From: Pseudomonadota bacterium
GTDB taxonomy: Bacteria; Pseudomonadota; Alphaproteobacteria; Sphingomonadales; Sphingomonadaceae
Direction of reading: 5' to 3'
NCBI GenBank assembly: GCA_023457895.1
Contig: JAEXAY010000012.1
Location: forward strand, 2,512-66,511
DNA: 64,000 bases
Shown in pieces: positions 1-8,177 of the stretch (its first letter is position 1; the number at the start of each line of letters is the position of its first letter). A model generated the notes under the pieces. The model searched no databases, was not told where the DNA came from, and saw only the letters and a program-made list of their open reading frames with translations. The translations under genes were made by a program, and so were the position numbers.

Positions 1-971
1 GCCCCGGGGTCGATGAGCCGATCGTGTGGTATGAAGGAGCCGGGACGGCGGACCGCAGGTTCCTGCACGCGGACGAGCGGGGTAGCATTGTTGCGGTGAC
101 GGGTGCCAGCGGCAACCTCATCGGCACCAACCGCTATGACGAATTTGGTATCCCGGCCTCAACCAACATCGGGCGGTTCCAGTATACCGGCCAGATGTGG
201 CTGCCCGAACTCGGGCTCTACTATTACAAAGCGAGAATGTACTCGCCCACCTTGGGACGGTTCATGCAGACAGACCCCATCGGCTATGCCGACGGCATCA
301 ACTGGTACAACTATGTCGGTAGCGATCCAGTGAATTTTACGGATCCAAGCGGGACGCGAGGCTTCAGTAGGTGCCATTCCGTTTACAATTTGGTCGGAGA
401 ATTCACGCTATCACATACTACATGCTATTTCTACGAGATTCCCGATTGGACTGAGTATAGTTACGGAGAACGAGGCGGGGGCGGTGGTGGTCGCGGTACG
501 CCCCGAGGACCAGCCCAACCTCCCGCAGCTTCGCCGCAAAGTGGAAAGGGTAGAAATCCTTACTGTGTTGCTAATGGTGGTCGTGAGGTCAGGGGGCAAG
601 GTCCAAAAACGCTTGATGATGGCGTGGTCACGCTCCATGGTCTTAATTTTGATCTGGCACTAGGAGTTGGTGCGGGAATTACATTCTATCGGTTCAAGGA
701 TTCATATTCAGGCTCTCGGGGCATAATAGCGCTCGGATCGGCTCACGCGGGTGTTTTTGGATCAGTGGGATATACAGCTGGAGTTGCGCCTAATCTACCG
801 GGTCTATTGGGTAATGGATATGCCTATAGAGCGGGCGCGGTTGCTCAGTTTGATTCATCATTCAACGATGATGGCCTCACTGCAATTGAAACCGGTGTAT
901 CAGCCGGTGGTGGCGTGGCAGCGAGCAAAACTAAAGCAAGAATTATCAGTTCAAACATTCCTGATTGTTAG
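1..971 (+). CDS. Rhs/YD-repeat polymorphic toxin, 3' part only (5' end lies left of the window): end of the Rhs core plus a variable C-terminal toxin domain
   Basis: The frame is open from base 3 (..GVDEPIVWYEG..), so the GTG at 24 in the ORF track is not the real start. Rhs core-end signature: RYDEFG..GLYYYKARMYSPTLGRFMQTDPIGYADGINWYNYVGSDPVNFTDPSG, with DPxG at 342-353. The ~200 aa after it are Gly/Ala-rich with no catalytic motif I recognise. G+C visibly drops after ~360. Confidence 0.9.
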   Translation, partial: PGVDEPIVWYEGAGTADRRFLHADERGSIVAVTGASGNLIGTNRYDEFGIPASTNIGRFQYTGQMWLPELGLYYYKARMYSPTLGRFMQTDPIGYADGINWYNYVGSDPVNFTDPSGTRGFSRCHSVYNLVGEFTLSHTTCYFYEIPDWTEYSYGERGGGGGGRGTPRGPAQPPAASPQSGKGRNPYCVANGGREVRGQGPKTLDDGVVTLHGLNFDLALGVGAGITFYRFKDSYSGSRGIIALGSAHAGVFGSVGYTAGVAPNLPGLLGNGYAYRAGAVAQFDSSFNDDGLTAIETGVSAGGGVAASKTKARIISSNIPDC

Positions 972-978
972 TGATGTT

Positions 979-1128
979 ATGATGAGATTAGTTTTCATTT
1001 TGATGTTCATTATCCACTCTATATTCCTAGAGAGGATAGGAAAGTATGCTTTTATATCCTTGCCAGTTTTATTTGTGATTGGCTTGATTGCGTTTGCTCC
1101 ATCTATAACAAAGCGCATTAGGAAGTAG
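979..1128 (+). CDS. Candidate cognate immunity protein, 49 aa with two hydrophobic segments
   Basis: ATG at 979 lies 8 nt after the Rhs stop (969-971). Product is MMRLVFILMFIIHSIFLERIGKYAFISLPVLFVIGLIAFAPSITKRIRK. It shares the low-G+C composition of the toxin tail and sits where Rhs immunity genes are normally found. The longer track ORF (751..1128) overlaps the toxin and is not credible upstream of 979. Confidence 0.5.
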   Translation: MMRLVFILMFIIHSIFLERIGKYAFISLPVLFVIGLIAFAPSITKRIRK

Positions 1129-1162
1129 TGTGGGAACTCTTTCGTCATGCGCCACGCGCCAT

Positions 1163-1338
1163 TGATCTGCCCCCTTCTGAGCCGGTCCATCGACTAAGAT
1201 AGTCGGGACCACGAAGGAGATATTGAATGGCCACGAAGAAGCACACGCCGGAGGAGATTATCGGCAAACTGCGTGAAGCAGAGACTGTGATTGCGCAGGG
1301 CGGCACTGCGCTGGATGCGTGTCGCCGGATCGCGGTTA
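1163..1338 (+). mobile_element. IS3-family (IS407-like) left-end remnant, truncated
   Basis: Terminal sequence TGATCTGCCCCC at 1163 resembles IS407-group inverted repeats (from memory). It is followed by an RBS and an orfA start at 1227. The element is interrupted at TA 1337-1338 and does not resume after the inserted IS630. Confidence 0.55.
1227..1338 (+). pseudogene. IS3-family transposase orfA fragment (first ~37 codons only)
   Basis: MATKKHTPEEIIGKLREAETVIAQGGTALDACRRIAV matches the HTH N-terminus of IS3-family OrfA proteins. The similarity ends exactly at the IS630 insertion point. Confidence 0.7.
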
Positions 1339-2383
1339 GAGCGGTTTTCGACCGATCTGAATCGAAAGGGGATTTCCATGGGGCTGATTTTCTGATTCAG
1401 CATCCTTGCTGGCGAAGGAGGCCAGCATGGATGGCGCTTTCGATGGATTTGCGAGCCCGTGTTCTGGCAGCGATTTCTGAAGGTTCGAGTTGCCGCGCGG
1501 CGGCTTTTCGGTTTGGCGTTGCGCCATCGACAGCGATCCGCTGGCGGGCGCAGCAACTGGCGACCGGAGACTTTGCGCCCAGACCCCAGGGCGGCGACAT
1601 GCGATCCCGCCCGGTCGAGGAGCGCGCGGCGGCCATCCTCGCGATCTGGGAAGCGCGCAGGGACATCACGCTTGAGGAGTTGCGTCTGGCTCTGGCCGGG
1701 GCGGGCCTGATGGTCTCTGTCGCCGGGTTGCATCGCTTCTTCGCGCGCCGGGGCATGACGCGCAAAAAAGACTGGCCATGCCATCGAGCAGGACCGTCTC
1801 GATGTCCTGAGGCAGCGTCGGGAGTGGTTTAAGGGGCAGGTCGATCTGGAACCGGAACGTCTCGTGTTTATCGATGAGACGTGGACAGCAACGAACATGA
1901 CGTGCAGCCATGGCCGCTGTCCGAAAGGCGAGCGGTTGCGGATGGGCTTCCCGCGCGGCCATCGCAAGACCACCACGCTGGTCGCGGGCTTGCGCATGAC
2001 AGGCATGGTTGCATCGATGGTCCTCGACGGCCCGATCAATGGCGACTGGTTCGAAGCCTATGTCGCCCAGGTGCTGATACCGGAGCTGCTGCCCGGCGAT
2101 GTCGTCATCATGGACAATCTGTCGAGCCACAAGCGTGCCTCGGTGCGCGAGCGGATAGAGACCGCGGGCGCAACCCTGTGCTTCCTGCCGCTCTACAGTC
2201 CCGATTTCAACCCGATCGAAAAGGCCTTCTCCCGCCTCAAGGCCATGCTGCGCAAGGCCGGCGAGCGCTCCGTCAGCGGCTCTGGAACCTCATCGGCAAG
2301 CTCGTCGACATCTTCCAAGCTAGACGAATGCGCCAACTACTTCAGATCATGCGGATATGACCCAGAATGATCGAAAATCGCTC
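1339..2383 (+). mobile_element. IS630-family insertion sequence (1045 bp) flanked by a TA target duplication
   Basis: Left end is GAGCGGTTTTCGA (1339-). The reverse complement of the right end is GAGCGATTTTCGA (2383 backwards), matching at 12 of the 13 outermost positions. TA dinucleotides sit at 1337-1338 and 2384-2385, as expected for IS630/Tc1. The element encodes a DDE transposase. Confidence 0.85.
1431..2370 (+). CDS. IS630-family DDE transposase, encoded in two frames joined at an A6G run
   Basis: The N-terminal HTH part (MALSMDLRARVLAAISEGSSCRAAAFRFGVAPSTAIRW..) is in the frame of 1431. The catalytic part (..KKTGHAIEQDRLDVLRQRREWFKGQVDLEPERLVFIDETW..DNLSSHK..YSPDFNPIEKAF) is in the +1 frame, which is open from 1711. 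The switch point is the AAAAAAG run at 1764-1770. An AGGAGG RBS lies at 1416-1421. Confidence 0.8.
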
Positions 2384-2395
2384 TAAGAGCTGGTT

Positions 2396-2587
2396 TTAGT
2401 AACGCCGGAGCGGACGAGAGTTTACCCAAGCATCAACATCCTGTGCTTTCCATCGGATCCGGCCTCCATCGATATCTATGGGCGAGGGAAATTTACCTAT
2501 CTGTACTCGCCGCCAAATTGTCGTACGGCTTTTTATCCCAGTGAGATTCATGACCTCTTTACATGTCAGCAATTCAGGAACGCTCAT
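2396..2587 (-). CDS. alpA: AlpA-family phage/island transcriptional regulator (excisionase-like HTH), 63 aa
   Basis: MSVPELLTCKEVMNLTGIKSRTTIWRRVQIGKFPSPIDIDGGRIRWKAQDVDAWVNSRP is a typical AlpA/MerR-like HTH. The upstream extension in the track ORF has no coding character. Confidence 0.8.
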   Translation of the reverse strand: MSVPELLTCKEVMNLTGIKSRTTIWRRVQIGKFPSPIDIDGGRIRWKAQDVDAWVNSRPLRRY

Positions 2588-3019
2588 AGCAACCTCGCAT
2601 CCTATCAGGCTCCATTGAAAGCCCGTCAACGTCTCATTCCCGGGCCTTAAATATGAACCGCAAGTGTCAAGATAGTGCAATTGGCCAAAGGCGTGAGCAG
2701 AAAAAGAGGGGGGTGAGCGATCAGCCGCGTCGTCTGGATTGCAACGGCCGCTTACGGAAGGTGGCCATTCCATCATGGTTTGACTCAACTGATAGCGAGC
2801 CGAGACCACGGGATGGAGTGGCCGTTAATTACGGCGGCCAATGCCTGAATGCCATCCGCAAATGATCAAAAGAATCATCTCTGTATTGTATCGAATGAAT
2901 ATAGCACCGGAACCAATCCGTTCAAAAGTGTTTCTGCCGGGCTTGCACCACCAGTGCACCACCAACGGCAATGATTGCCTATACGACAGGAAGCGAGATG
3001 TCTAAGTTGTTGAAAAGAT

Positions 3020-3096
3020 TGGTCGGGACGAGAGGATTCGAACCTCCGACCCCCACACCCCCAGTGTGATGCGCTACCAGGCTGCGCTACGTCCCG
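3020..3096 (-). tRNA. tRNA-Pro (anticodon GGG)
   Basis: The reverse complement reads CGGGACG-TA-GCGC-AGCCTGGTA-GCGC-A-TCACA-CTGGGGG-TGTGG-GGGTC-GGAGG-TTCGAAT-CCTCT-CGTCCCG-A-CCA. It folds as a cloverleaf with a 7-bp acceptor stem, a T-loop TTCGAAT and an encoded CCA. Confidence 0.95.
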
Positions 3097-3295
3097 ACCG
3101 GAAGGTGCGCCCATAAGCTGCCCGGCGTGTGCTGGCAAGGGGATTCTGGCATTGGGAGGCACCGCAGCCGGTGATAGAAGTTGCCACCGCCGCTCCCTTG
3201 TGATAGCCGCGCGCCACATTATTGCGGGTCAGGCCGCCCGTCCTTCGCGCCGGGCGCGGGCCGGACCCCGTCAAAAACAGAACGGACTTTAGCTT

Positions 3296-3634
3296 ATGTC
3301 GATTTTCGCGATGGCAGCGCAGGCGGCGCCTGCCGCGGCCGGGGCAGCATCTATCCCCAGTTGGGTTGGCTTTCTGCCCTATCTGCTGATTTTTGCAGTG
3401 ATGTATTTTCTCCTGATCCGGCCGCAACAGCAGAGGATGAAGGCGCATCAGCGGAAGGTGAACGCGATCGGGCGTAACGATCAGGTCGTTACCGGCGGCG
3501 GGCTTGTCGGCAAGGTGACGGCGGTTGATGAAGAATATGCGACTGTCGAGATTGCACAAGGCGTGAAGGTCAAGGTCGTCAAGGCAACGATTTCCGACGT
3601 CATTTCCAGCGCATCGGCACCCGCCAACGATTGA
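3296..3634 (+). CDS. yajC: Preprotein translocase subunit YajC
   Basis: 112 aa with a single TM helix followed by LIRPQQQRMKAHQ and GDQVVTGGGLVGKV-type motifs. Lies directly upstream of secD-secF. Confidence 0.9.
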   Translation: MSIFAMAAQAAPAAAGAASIPSWVGFLPYLLIFAVMYFLLIRPQQQRMKAHQRKVNAIGRNDQVVTGGGLVGKVTAVDEEYATVEIAQGVKVKVVKATISDVISSASAPAND

Positions 3635-3714
3635 TGTGGAAAAGGCCCGCGCCGGCTTTTCCGCCTCTGCGCCCGTCACAGGGCAAAATGACAGGATAGA
3701 CAGGTTTTCTCTCA

Positions 3715-5325
3715 ATGCTCGATTTTCCGCGCTGGAAAACATATTCCATCTACCTCAGCCTGATCCTGGGTCTGGTCTTCGCCATTCCGAGCTTCTTCCC
3801 CGAAAAGACGGTCGAAAGCTGGCCCTCCTTCGTTCCCAAGGAGCGGATCAACCTTGGCCTTGACCTCGCCGGTGGTTCGCACATCCTGCTGGAGGCCGAT
3901 GTTGCCGATGTGACCAAGACGCGGCTCGAAACGATGGAAAGAACCGTCCGTTCGGCCATGCGCGGCGAGCGGGGAACGGGGAAATCGATCGAGATCGGCG
4001 ATATCAGCCGTGAAGGCGGGCGGATCAGCTTCACCGTCACCGATACGACCAAGATCGACGAAGTGCGCGAACGGCTGTTCCGTGAAACGCAAGGGGCGGG
4101 CATGACCGGCCAGCGCGACTGGGACATCGCGGTCAACGACGGCAACCGCTTCATTCTGACGCCGACGCAGGCGGGTCTGTCCAACGCGGTCAACAGTGCC
4201 ATGGATGTGGCGACCGAGGTGGTCCGCAAGCGCATCGACGAGATGGGCACGCGCGAGCCGACCATCATCCGTTCGAGCGCGGACCGCATCGTTGTTCAGG
4301 TGCCGGGCCTTCAGGACCCGCAGGCGCTCAAGGAGTTGCTGGGACAGACCGCCAAGCTTGAATTCAAGATGGTCAACGACGACCCGGCGGCAGTGCAGGA
4401 TGCTGCCAACGGTGTGGCTCCTCCCGGCTATCAGATCGTACCGAGTTCTGAATCGCCTTCGGGGTTCGAATTGCTGCAACGCCAGGTGCTGATCAGCGGC
4501 GAGCGGCTCGTGAACGCAACCCAGGGGTTCGACCCCCAGACCAACCGTCCGGTGGTCGACATTACCTTCGATACGCAGGGGGCGAATGCCTTTGCGCGCG
4601 CGACTCAGGCAAATGTCGGCAAGCGTTTCGCCATGGTGCTCGACGGCAAGGTCCTGTCGGCGCCATCGATCAACGAGCCGATCCTTGGCGGTCGCGCGCA
4701 GATCAGCGGTAACTTCACGACCGACAGCGCCAACTCGCTGGCAATTGCGCTGCGTTCCGGCGCGTTGCCGGTCAAGCTGACTGTAGTCGAAGAACGCACC
4801 GTGGGGCCGGACCTTGGCGCGGATTCGATCCGCAAGGGCGTCCTCGCAGGCGTGATCGCCACGGTTGCGGTGCTCGTGCTGATGCTCGTCACCTATGGCC
4901 GTTTCGGGGTCTACGCGAACATCGCGCTCGTCGTGAACATCATCCTGATTCTTGCCGTGATGGCGTTGTTCAATGCAACGCTGACATTGCCGGGTATCGC
5001 GGGCTTTGTTTTGACAATCGGTGCTGCGGTCGACGCCAACGTCCTCATCAACGAGCGTATCCGCGAGGAATTGCGACGGGGCCGCAAGGCGATCATGGCG
5101 ATCGAGCATGGATACAAGGAAGCGAGCCGCGCCATCTTCGATGCCAATATCACTAACGTCATCGCAGCGGCGCTGATGTTCTGGTTCGGCTCCGGGCCGG
5201 TCAAGGGTTTTGCCGTGGTTTTGACCATCGGTATCATCACGTCGGTTTTTACCGCCGTGACCATGACCCGGCTGTTTGTTTCGCAGTGGGTGCGCCGCGC
5301 GCGTCCCACCGAACTCAATATTTAA
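3715..5325 (+). CDS. secD: Protein translocase subunit SecD
   Basis: 536 aa. Contains GLDLAGGSHILLEAD and LGQTAKLEFKMV periplasmic-domain motifs and a C-terminal 6-TM block. secF follows after 12 nt. Confidence 0.97.
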   Translation: MLDFPRWKTYSIYLSLILGLVFAIPSFFPEKTVESWPSFVPKERINLGLDLAGGSHILLEADVADVTKTRLETMERTVRSAMRGERGTGKSIEIGDISREGGRISFTVTDTTKIDEVRERLFRETQGAGMTGQRDWDIAVNDGNRFILTPTQAGLSNAVNSAMDVATEVVRKRIDEMGTREPTIIRSSADRIVVQVPGLQDPQALKELLGQTAKLEFKMVNDDPAAVQDAANGVAPPGYQIVPSSESPSGFELLQRQVLISGERLVNATQGFDPQTNRPVVDITFDTQGANAFARATQANVGKRFAMVLDGKVLSAPSINEPILGGRAQISGNFTTDSANSLAIALRSGALPVKLTVVEERTVGPDLGADSIRKGVLAGVIATVAVLVLMLVTYGRFGVYANIALVVNIILILAVMALFNATLTLPGIAGFVLTIGAAVDANVLINERIREELRRGRKAIMAIEHGYKEASRAIFDANITNVIAAALMFWFGSGPVKGFAVVLTIGIITSVFTAVTMTRLFVSQWVRRARPTELNI

Positions 5326-5337
5326 GGGGCAGTCCTC

Positions 5338-6318
5338 ATGCGTTTGCTCAAGCTTGTTCCCGACAATACCAACATTGATTTCCTCAGATGGCGTAATGTC
5401 GCCATGGCAATCAGCTTTCTGACCATCCTTGCCTCGCTTGCGCTGGTTGCGACCCGCGGGCTCAATCTCGGCGTTGACTTTGTCGGCGGGCAGATGATGC
5501 GCGTCGAATTTACCAATCCGCCGCCGATGGAGGACCTGCGTGCCAAGATTGAACAACTCGGTGTCGGCGATGCGACAATCCAGCAATTCGGTTCGCCCAA
5601 GGATGTATCAATCCGGACTCCGTTGCCCGAGGGCGGCAAAGGCGCGGCTGACGCTGCGGCAGAAAAGCTGAAGGCGGGGATTCTGGCGGCGTATCCCGAT
5701 GCCAAATTCGGTTCGGTCGATACGGTGTCGGGCAAGGTTTCAAACGAACTGGTGATGACCGGCGCTCTCGCGCTCGGCCTCGCGATGCTCGCGATCTCCA
5801 TCTATATCTGGTTCCGTTTCGAATGGCAGTTCGGCGTGGGGGCGCTGTTCGCGCTGTTCCATGACGTCGCGATCACCTTCGGGTTCTTCGCGCTGACACA
5901 ACTGGAATTCGATCTCAATATCGTTGCGGCGCTGCTGACGATCATCGGTTATTCGCTCAACGATACGATTGTCGTCTATGACCGTGTGCGCGAAAATCTC
6001 AAAAAATATCGCAAGATGGAAATCGTGCCGTTGCTCAACCTGTCGGTCAACGAAACTCTCTCTCGCACGATCATGACCAACCTGTTCATGCTCATCACGC
6101 TCGGCATTCTGCTACTGATCGGTCCGGATGTCATCTTTGGTTTCACGGCGGCGATGCTGCTCGGTATTTTCGTCGGCACTTATTCATCGATTTACATGGC
6201 GGCGCCCCTGCTGGTGTGGATGAAGGTCGGTCCCGACAGCTTCGTTGCCCGCGAAAGCAGCAGCGCGCCGGGCGCGGAACGCGTCAGTTCGCGCGGTGAC
6301 GACGGCGCCGTAGTCTAG
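5338..6318 (+). CDS. secF: Protein translocase subunit SecF
   Basis: 326 aa. Contains GLNLGVDFVGG and a SecD/SecF-type TM bundle (YSLNDTIVVYDRVREN). Confidence 0.97.
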   Translation: MRLLKLVPDNTNIDFLRWRNVAMAISFLTILASLALVATRGLNLGVDFVGGQMMRVEFTNPPPMEDLRAKIEQLGVGDATIQQFGSPKDVSIRTPLPEGGKGAADAAAEKLKAGILAAYPDAKFGSVDTVSGKVSNELVMTGALALGLAMLAISIYIWFRFEWQFGVGALFALFHDVAITFGFFALTQLEFDLNIVAALLTIIGYSLNDTIVVYDRVRENLKKYRKMEIVPLLNLSVNETLSRTIMTNLFMLITLGILLLIGPDVIFGFTAAMLLGIFVGTYSSIYMAAPLLVWMKVGPDSFVARESSSAPGAERVSSRGDDGAVV

Positions 6319-6327
6319 GCGTGTTCC

Positions 6328-7512
6328 TCACTCACTTTTAACGCCCGCGAGTTCGCGCCAGTGCGCGACGAGTTCGCGGGCGTTTTTCGTCCAGCTGAAA
6401 CGCGCATTTACGCTGTCCGCCACGGCTTGCGAGGCAGGCGGCCGGTTGACCAGGCGCTGAACCGCGGCTGCAACCGCTTCTGGTATGCGATCGGCGATCA
6501 CGACAGCGCTTGAGCCCGGCGCAACTTCGCGGGCGCCGCCTACATCGCTGATCACCACCGGGGTTCCGCACGCCAGCGCTTCGAGCCAAGCGTTCGCTAA
6601 GCCTTCGGATTCCGAAACCAGCACCATCGCATCGGACGCGGCGAGTAATTTGGGGATGTCCTGATGCGGCACCGACCCCAGGAAGCGTACCCGGTCGCTG
6701 ACTCCCAGTTGCGCGGCGAGCGCCTTTAGCACCGCTTCATGCGGCCCGTATCCGGCCAAGGCATAGGTCACGCCCGGCAGCGCGGGGAGGGCGCGGATCA
6801 CAATCTCCTGCCCCTTGCGCGGGATCAATGCGCCGATAGTCGACAGGAGTATCCCATCTGGAAAACCGAGCGCGGCTTTGGCGACGGCGCGGTCTTGTGG
6901 GCGGAAGCGATCCGTGTCGAGCCCGGTATAATGGATGCGGATGCGCTCTCCCGGCATGCCGAGCTCCACCATGTCGCGTTTCATCGCGCCCGATACGGCG
7001 AGCATCCCGGTCGCTTTTTGACCTGCTTCGCGCACCATCGTTGCGGTTGCCGGCTGACGGCCCCACAAGCTGATATCCGCGCCGCGCGCCTTGACCGACC
7101 AGGGAATGCCAAGCGTCTCCGCCACGCGCATGGCGGCAGGGCCATCGGGGTAGAAAAACTGCGCGTCGAGAATGTCCGGAGAAAGACCATGCCGCCGGAT
7201 CACGGACAGGATAGCGTTCGACATGGCAGTGGGAGCAAAACGGCCTCCGGTGCCCGGCCATACCCTGAAGCGCGGACGGTATACGGTGAGGTCTTTCCAT
7301 TGCTCCATAGCTGGAAGGCCGAGGAACCGCCGGTAATGCGGATGACGCGAAAGCGGCCAGAGCGGAATCCCGATGGGCGCGATCACAGTCAGGTCGATGC
7401 CCGGATCCTTAGCCGCTTCGAGCAATTGCCGTTCGACAAACACGCCGAAATTGGGCCGCGTCGCATCGGGAAACAGGCTGGCGATAGAAACGACGCGCAA
7501 GCGGGACGACAT
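6328..7512 (-). CDS. Glycosyltransferase family 4 (GT-B, group 1)
   Basis: The N-terminus is LRVVSIASLFPD. The C-terminal segment is SESEGLANAWLEALACGTPVV (E-x7-E). The start is set at ATG 7512-7510, which overlaps the stop of the upstream repressor gene (TGATG), rather than at 7551. Confidence 0.85.
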   Translation of the reverse strand: MSSRLRVVSIASLFPDATRPNFGVFVERQLLEAAKDPGIDLTVIAPIGIPLWPLSRHPHYRRFLGLPAMEQWKDLTVYRPRFRVWPGTGGRFAPTAMSNAILSVIRRHGLSPDILDAQFFYPDGPAAMRVAETLGIPWSVKARGADISLWGRQPATATMVREAGQKATGMLAVSGAMKRDMVELGMPGERIRIHYTGLDTDRFRPQDRAVAKAALGFPDGILLSTIGALIPRKGQEIVIRALPALPGVTYALAGYGPHEAVLKALAAQLGVSDRVRFLGSVPHQDIPKLLAASDAMVLVSESEGLANAWLEALACGTPVVISDVGGAREVAPGSSAVVIADRIPEAVAAAVQRLVNRPPASQAVADSVNARFSWTKNARELVAHWRELAGVKSE

Positions 7513-8075
7513 CACAATATGCGCACCAGGCGCGTTGCGACGGCAACCCATGGCGGGCTTGTGATCACCTGCTGGCGGTGGCCGGCGCCCGGCGGAAGAA
7601 TGTGCAGCATCTCGCCGTCGATGAAGATGAGGCGGCCAAACAGGAAGCGCCCCGCCGGTCGCGGCACGAGGATATCGCGGTTAAGCGCTTGCGGCAGATC
7701 GCCCGTTTCGACTGGGCGGCACCAGATTTCATCCCCTGTACGATAATCTCCGATGCTGCCGGTGACGCGCATCGCGATCATATCATCGCTATGCCGGGCA
7801 GGGGCGAGATATTCCACCCGAGCCGGTGCCCGCGCCCCTTCGGGTGTCAGCAAGGCGGTCACGGCTAGCTCGGCTTCCTCAGGCATGGTGACGAGATCAG
7901 AGGAAGATACCTCCAGCGCATCGGCAATACGGTTGAGCCAGTCGATCGATAGGGTGCGGGTCCCGGTTTCGAGCCGTCCGATCGTCTGCGCCGTAGTAGG
8001 CGGTGAACAGCGCTGCGCCACATCCTCCAGCGTCAGGCCCTTGGCCTTGCGCACCGACCGGATAGAATTGATCAT
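7512..8075 (-). CDS. XRE-family HTH regulator fused to an S24/LexA-like C-terminal domain (CI-type repressor architecture)
   Basis: The N-terminus is KGLTLEDVAQRCSPPTTAQTIGRLETGTRTLSIDWLNRIADAL (HTH_XRE). The C-terminus is IAMRVTGSIGDYRTGDEIWCRP..FLFGRLIFIDGEMLHILPPG (S24-like beta fold). Confidence 0.85.
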   Translation of the reverse strand: MINSIRSVRKAKGLTLEDVAQRCSPPTTAQTIGRLETGTRTLSIDWLNRIADALEVSSSDLVTMPEEAELAVTALLTPEGARAPARVEYLAPARHSDDMIAMRVTGSIGDYRTGDEIWCRPVETGDLPQALNRDILVPRPAGRFLFGRLIFIDGEMLHILPPGAGHRQQVITSPPWVAVATRLVRIL

Positions 8076-8177
8076 GGCGTGCTCCTTGTATGCAAGATAA
8101 CCAATTAGGTTTTTTCTTTCCTACATTCTTATCCATAGCGCAAGAGCGTGACATTGGACGTTTTGCAAGGAGCCATC

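Noticed and set aside
751-978. Upstream part of track ORF 751-1128 overlapping the Rhs toxin tail
   Set aside because: It overlaps the Rhs reading frame and has no hydrophobic or conserved character. The ATG at 979, just after the Rhs stop, is the sensible start.
2588-3019. Searched for a tyrosine integrase or its remnant between alpA and tRNA-Pro
   Set aside because: No ORF of useful length and no R..HxxR..Y-type fragments are visible in any frame. The only ORF, 70 aa at 2653-2865, has no similarity that I recognise.
2875-3219. 114-aa ORF overlapping tRNA-Pro
   Set aside because: It runs through the tRNA gene on the same strand, so it is not credible as coding.
3712-5586. 624-aa ORF antisense to secD/secF
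   Set aside because: It is a shadow ORF typical of high-G+C DNA. It lies entirely opposite strongly supported genes, and the translation is Arg/Asp/His/Gly-rich with no motif.
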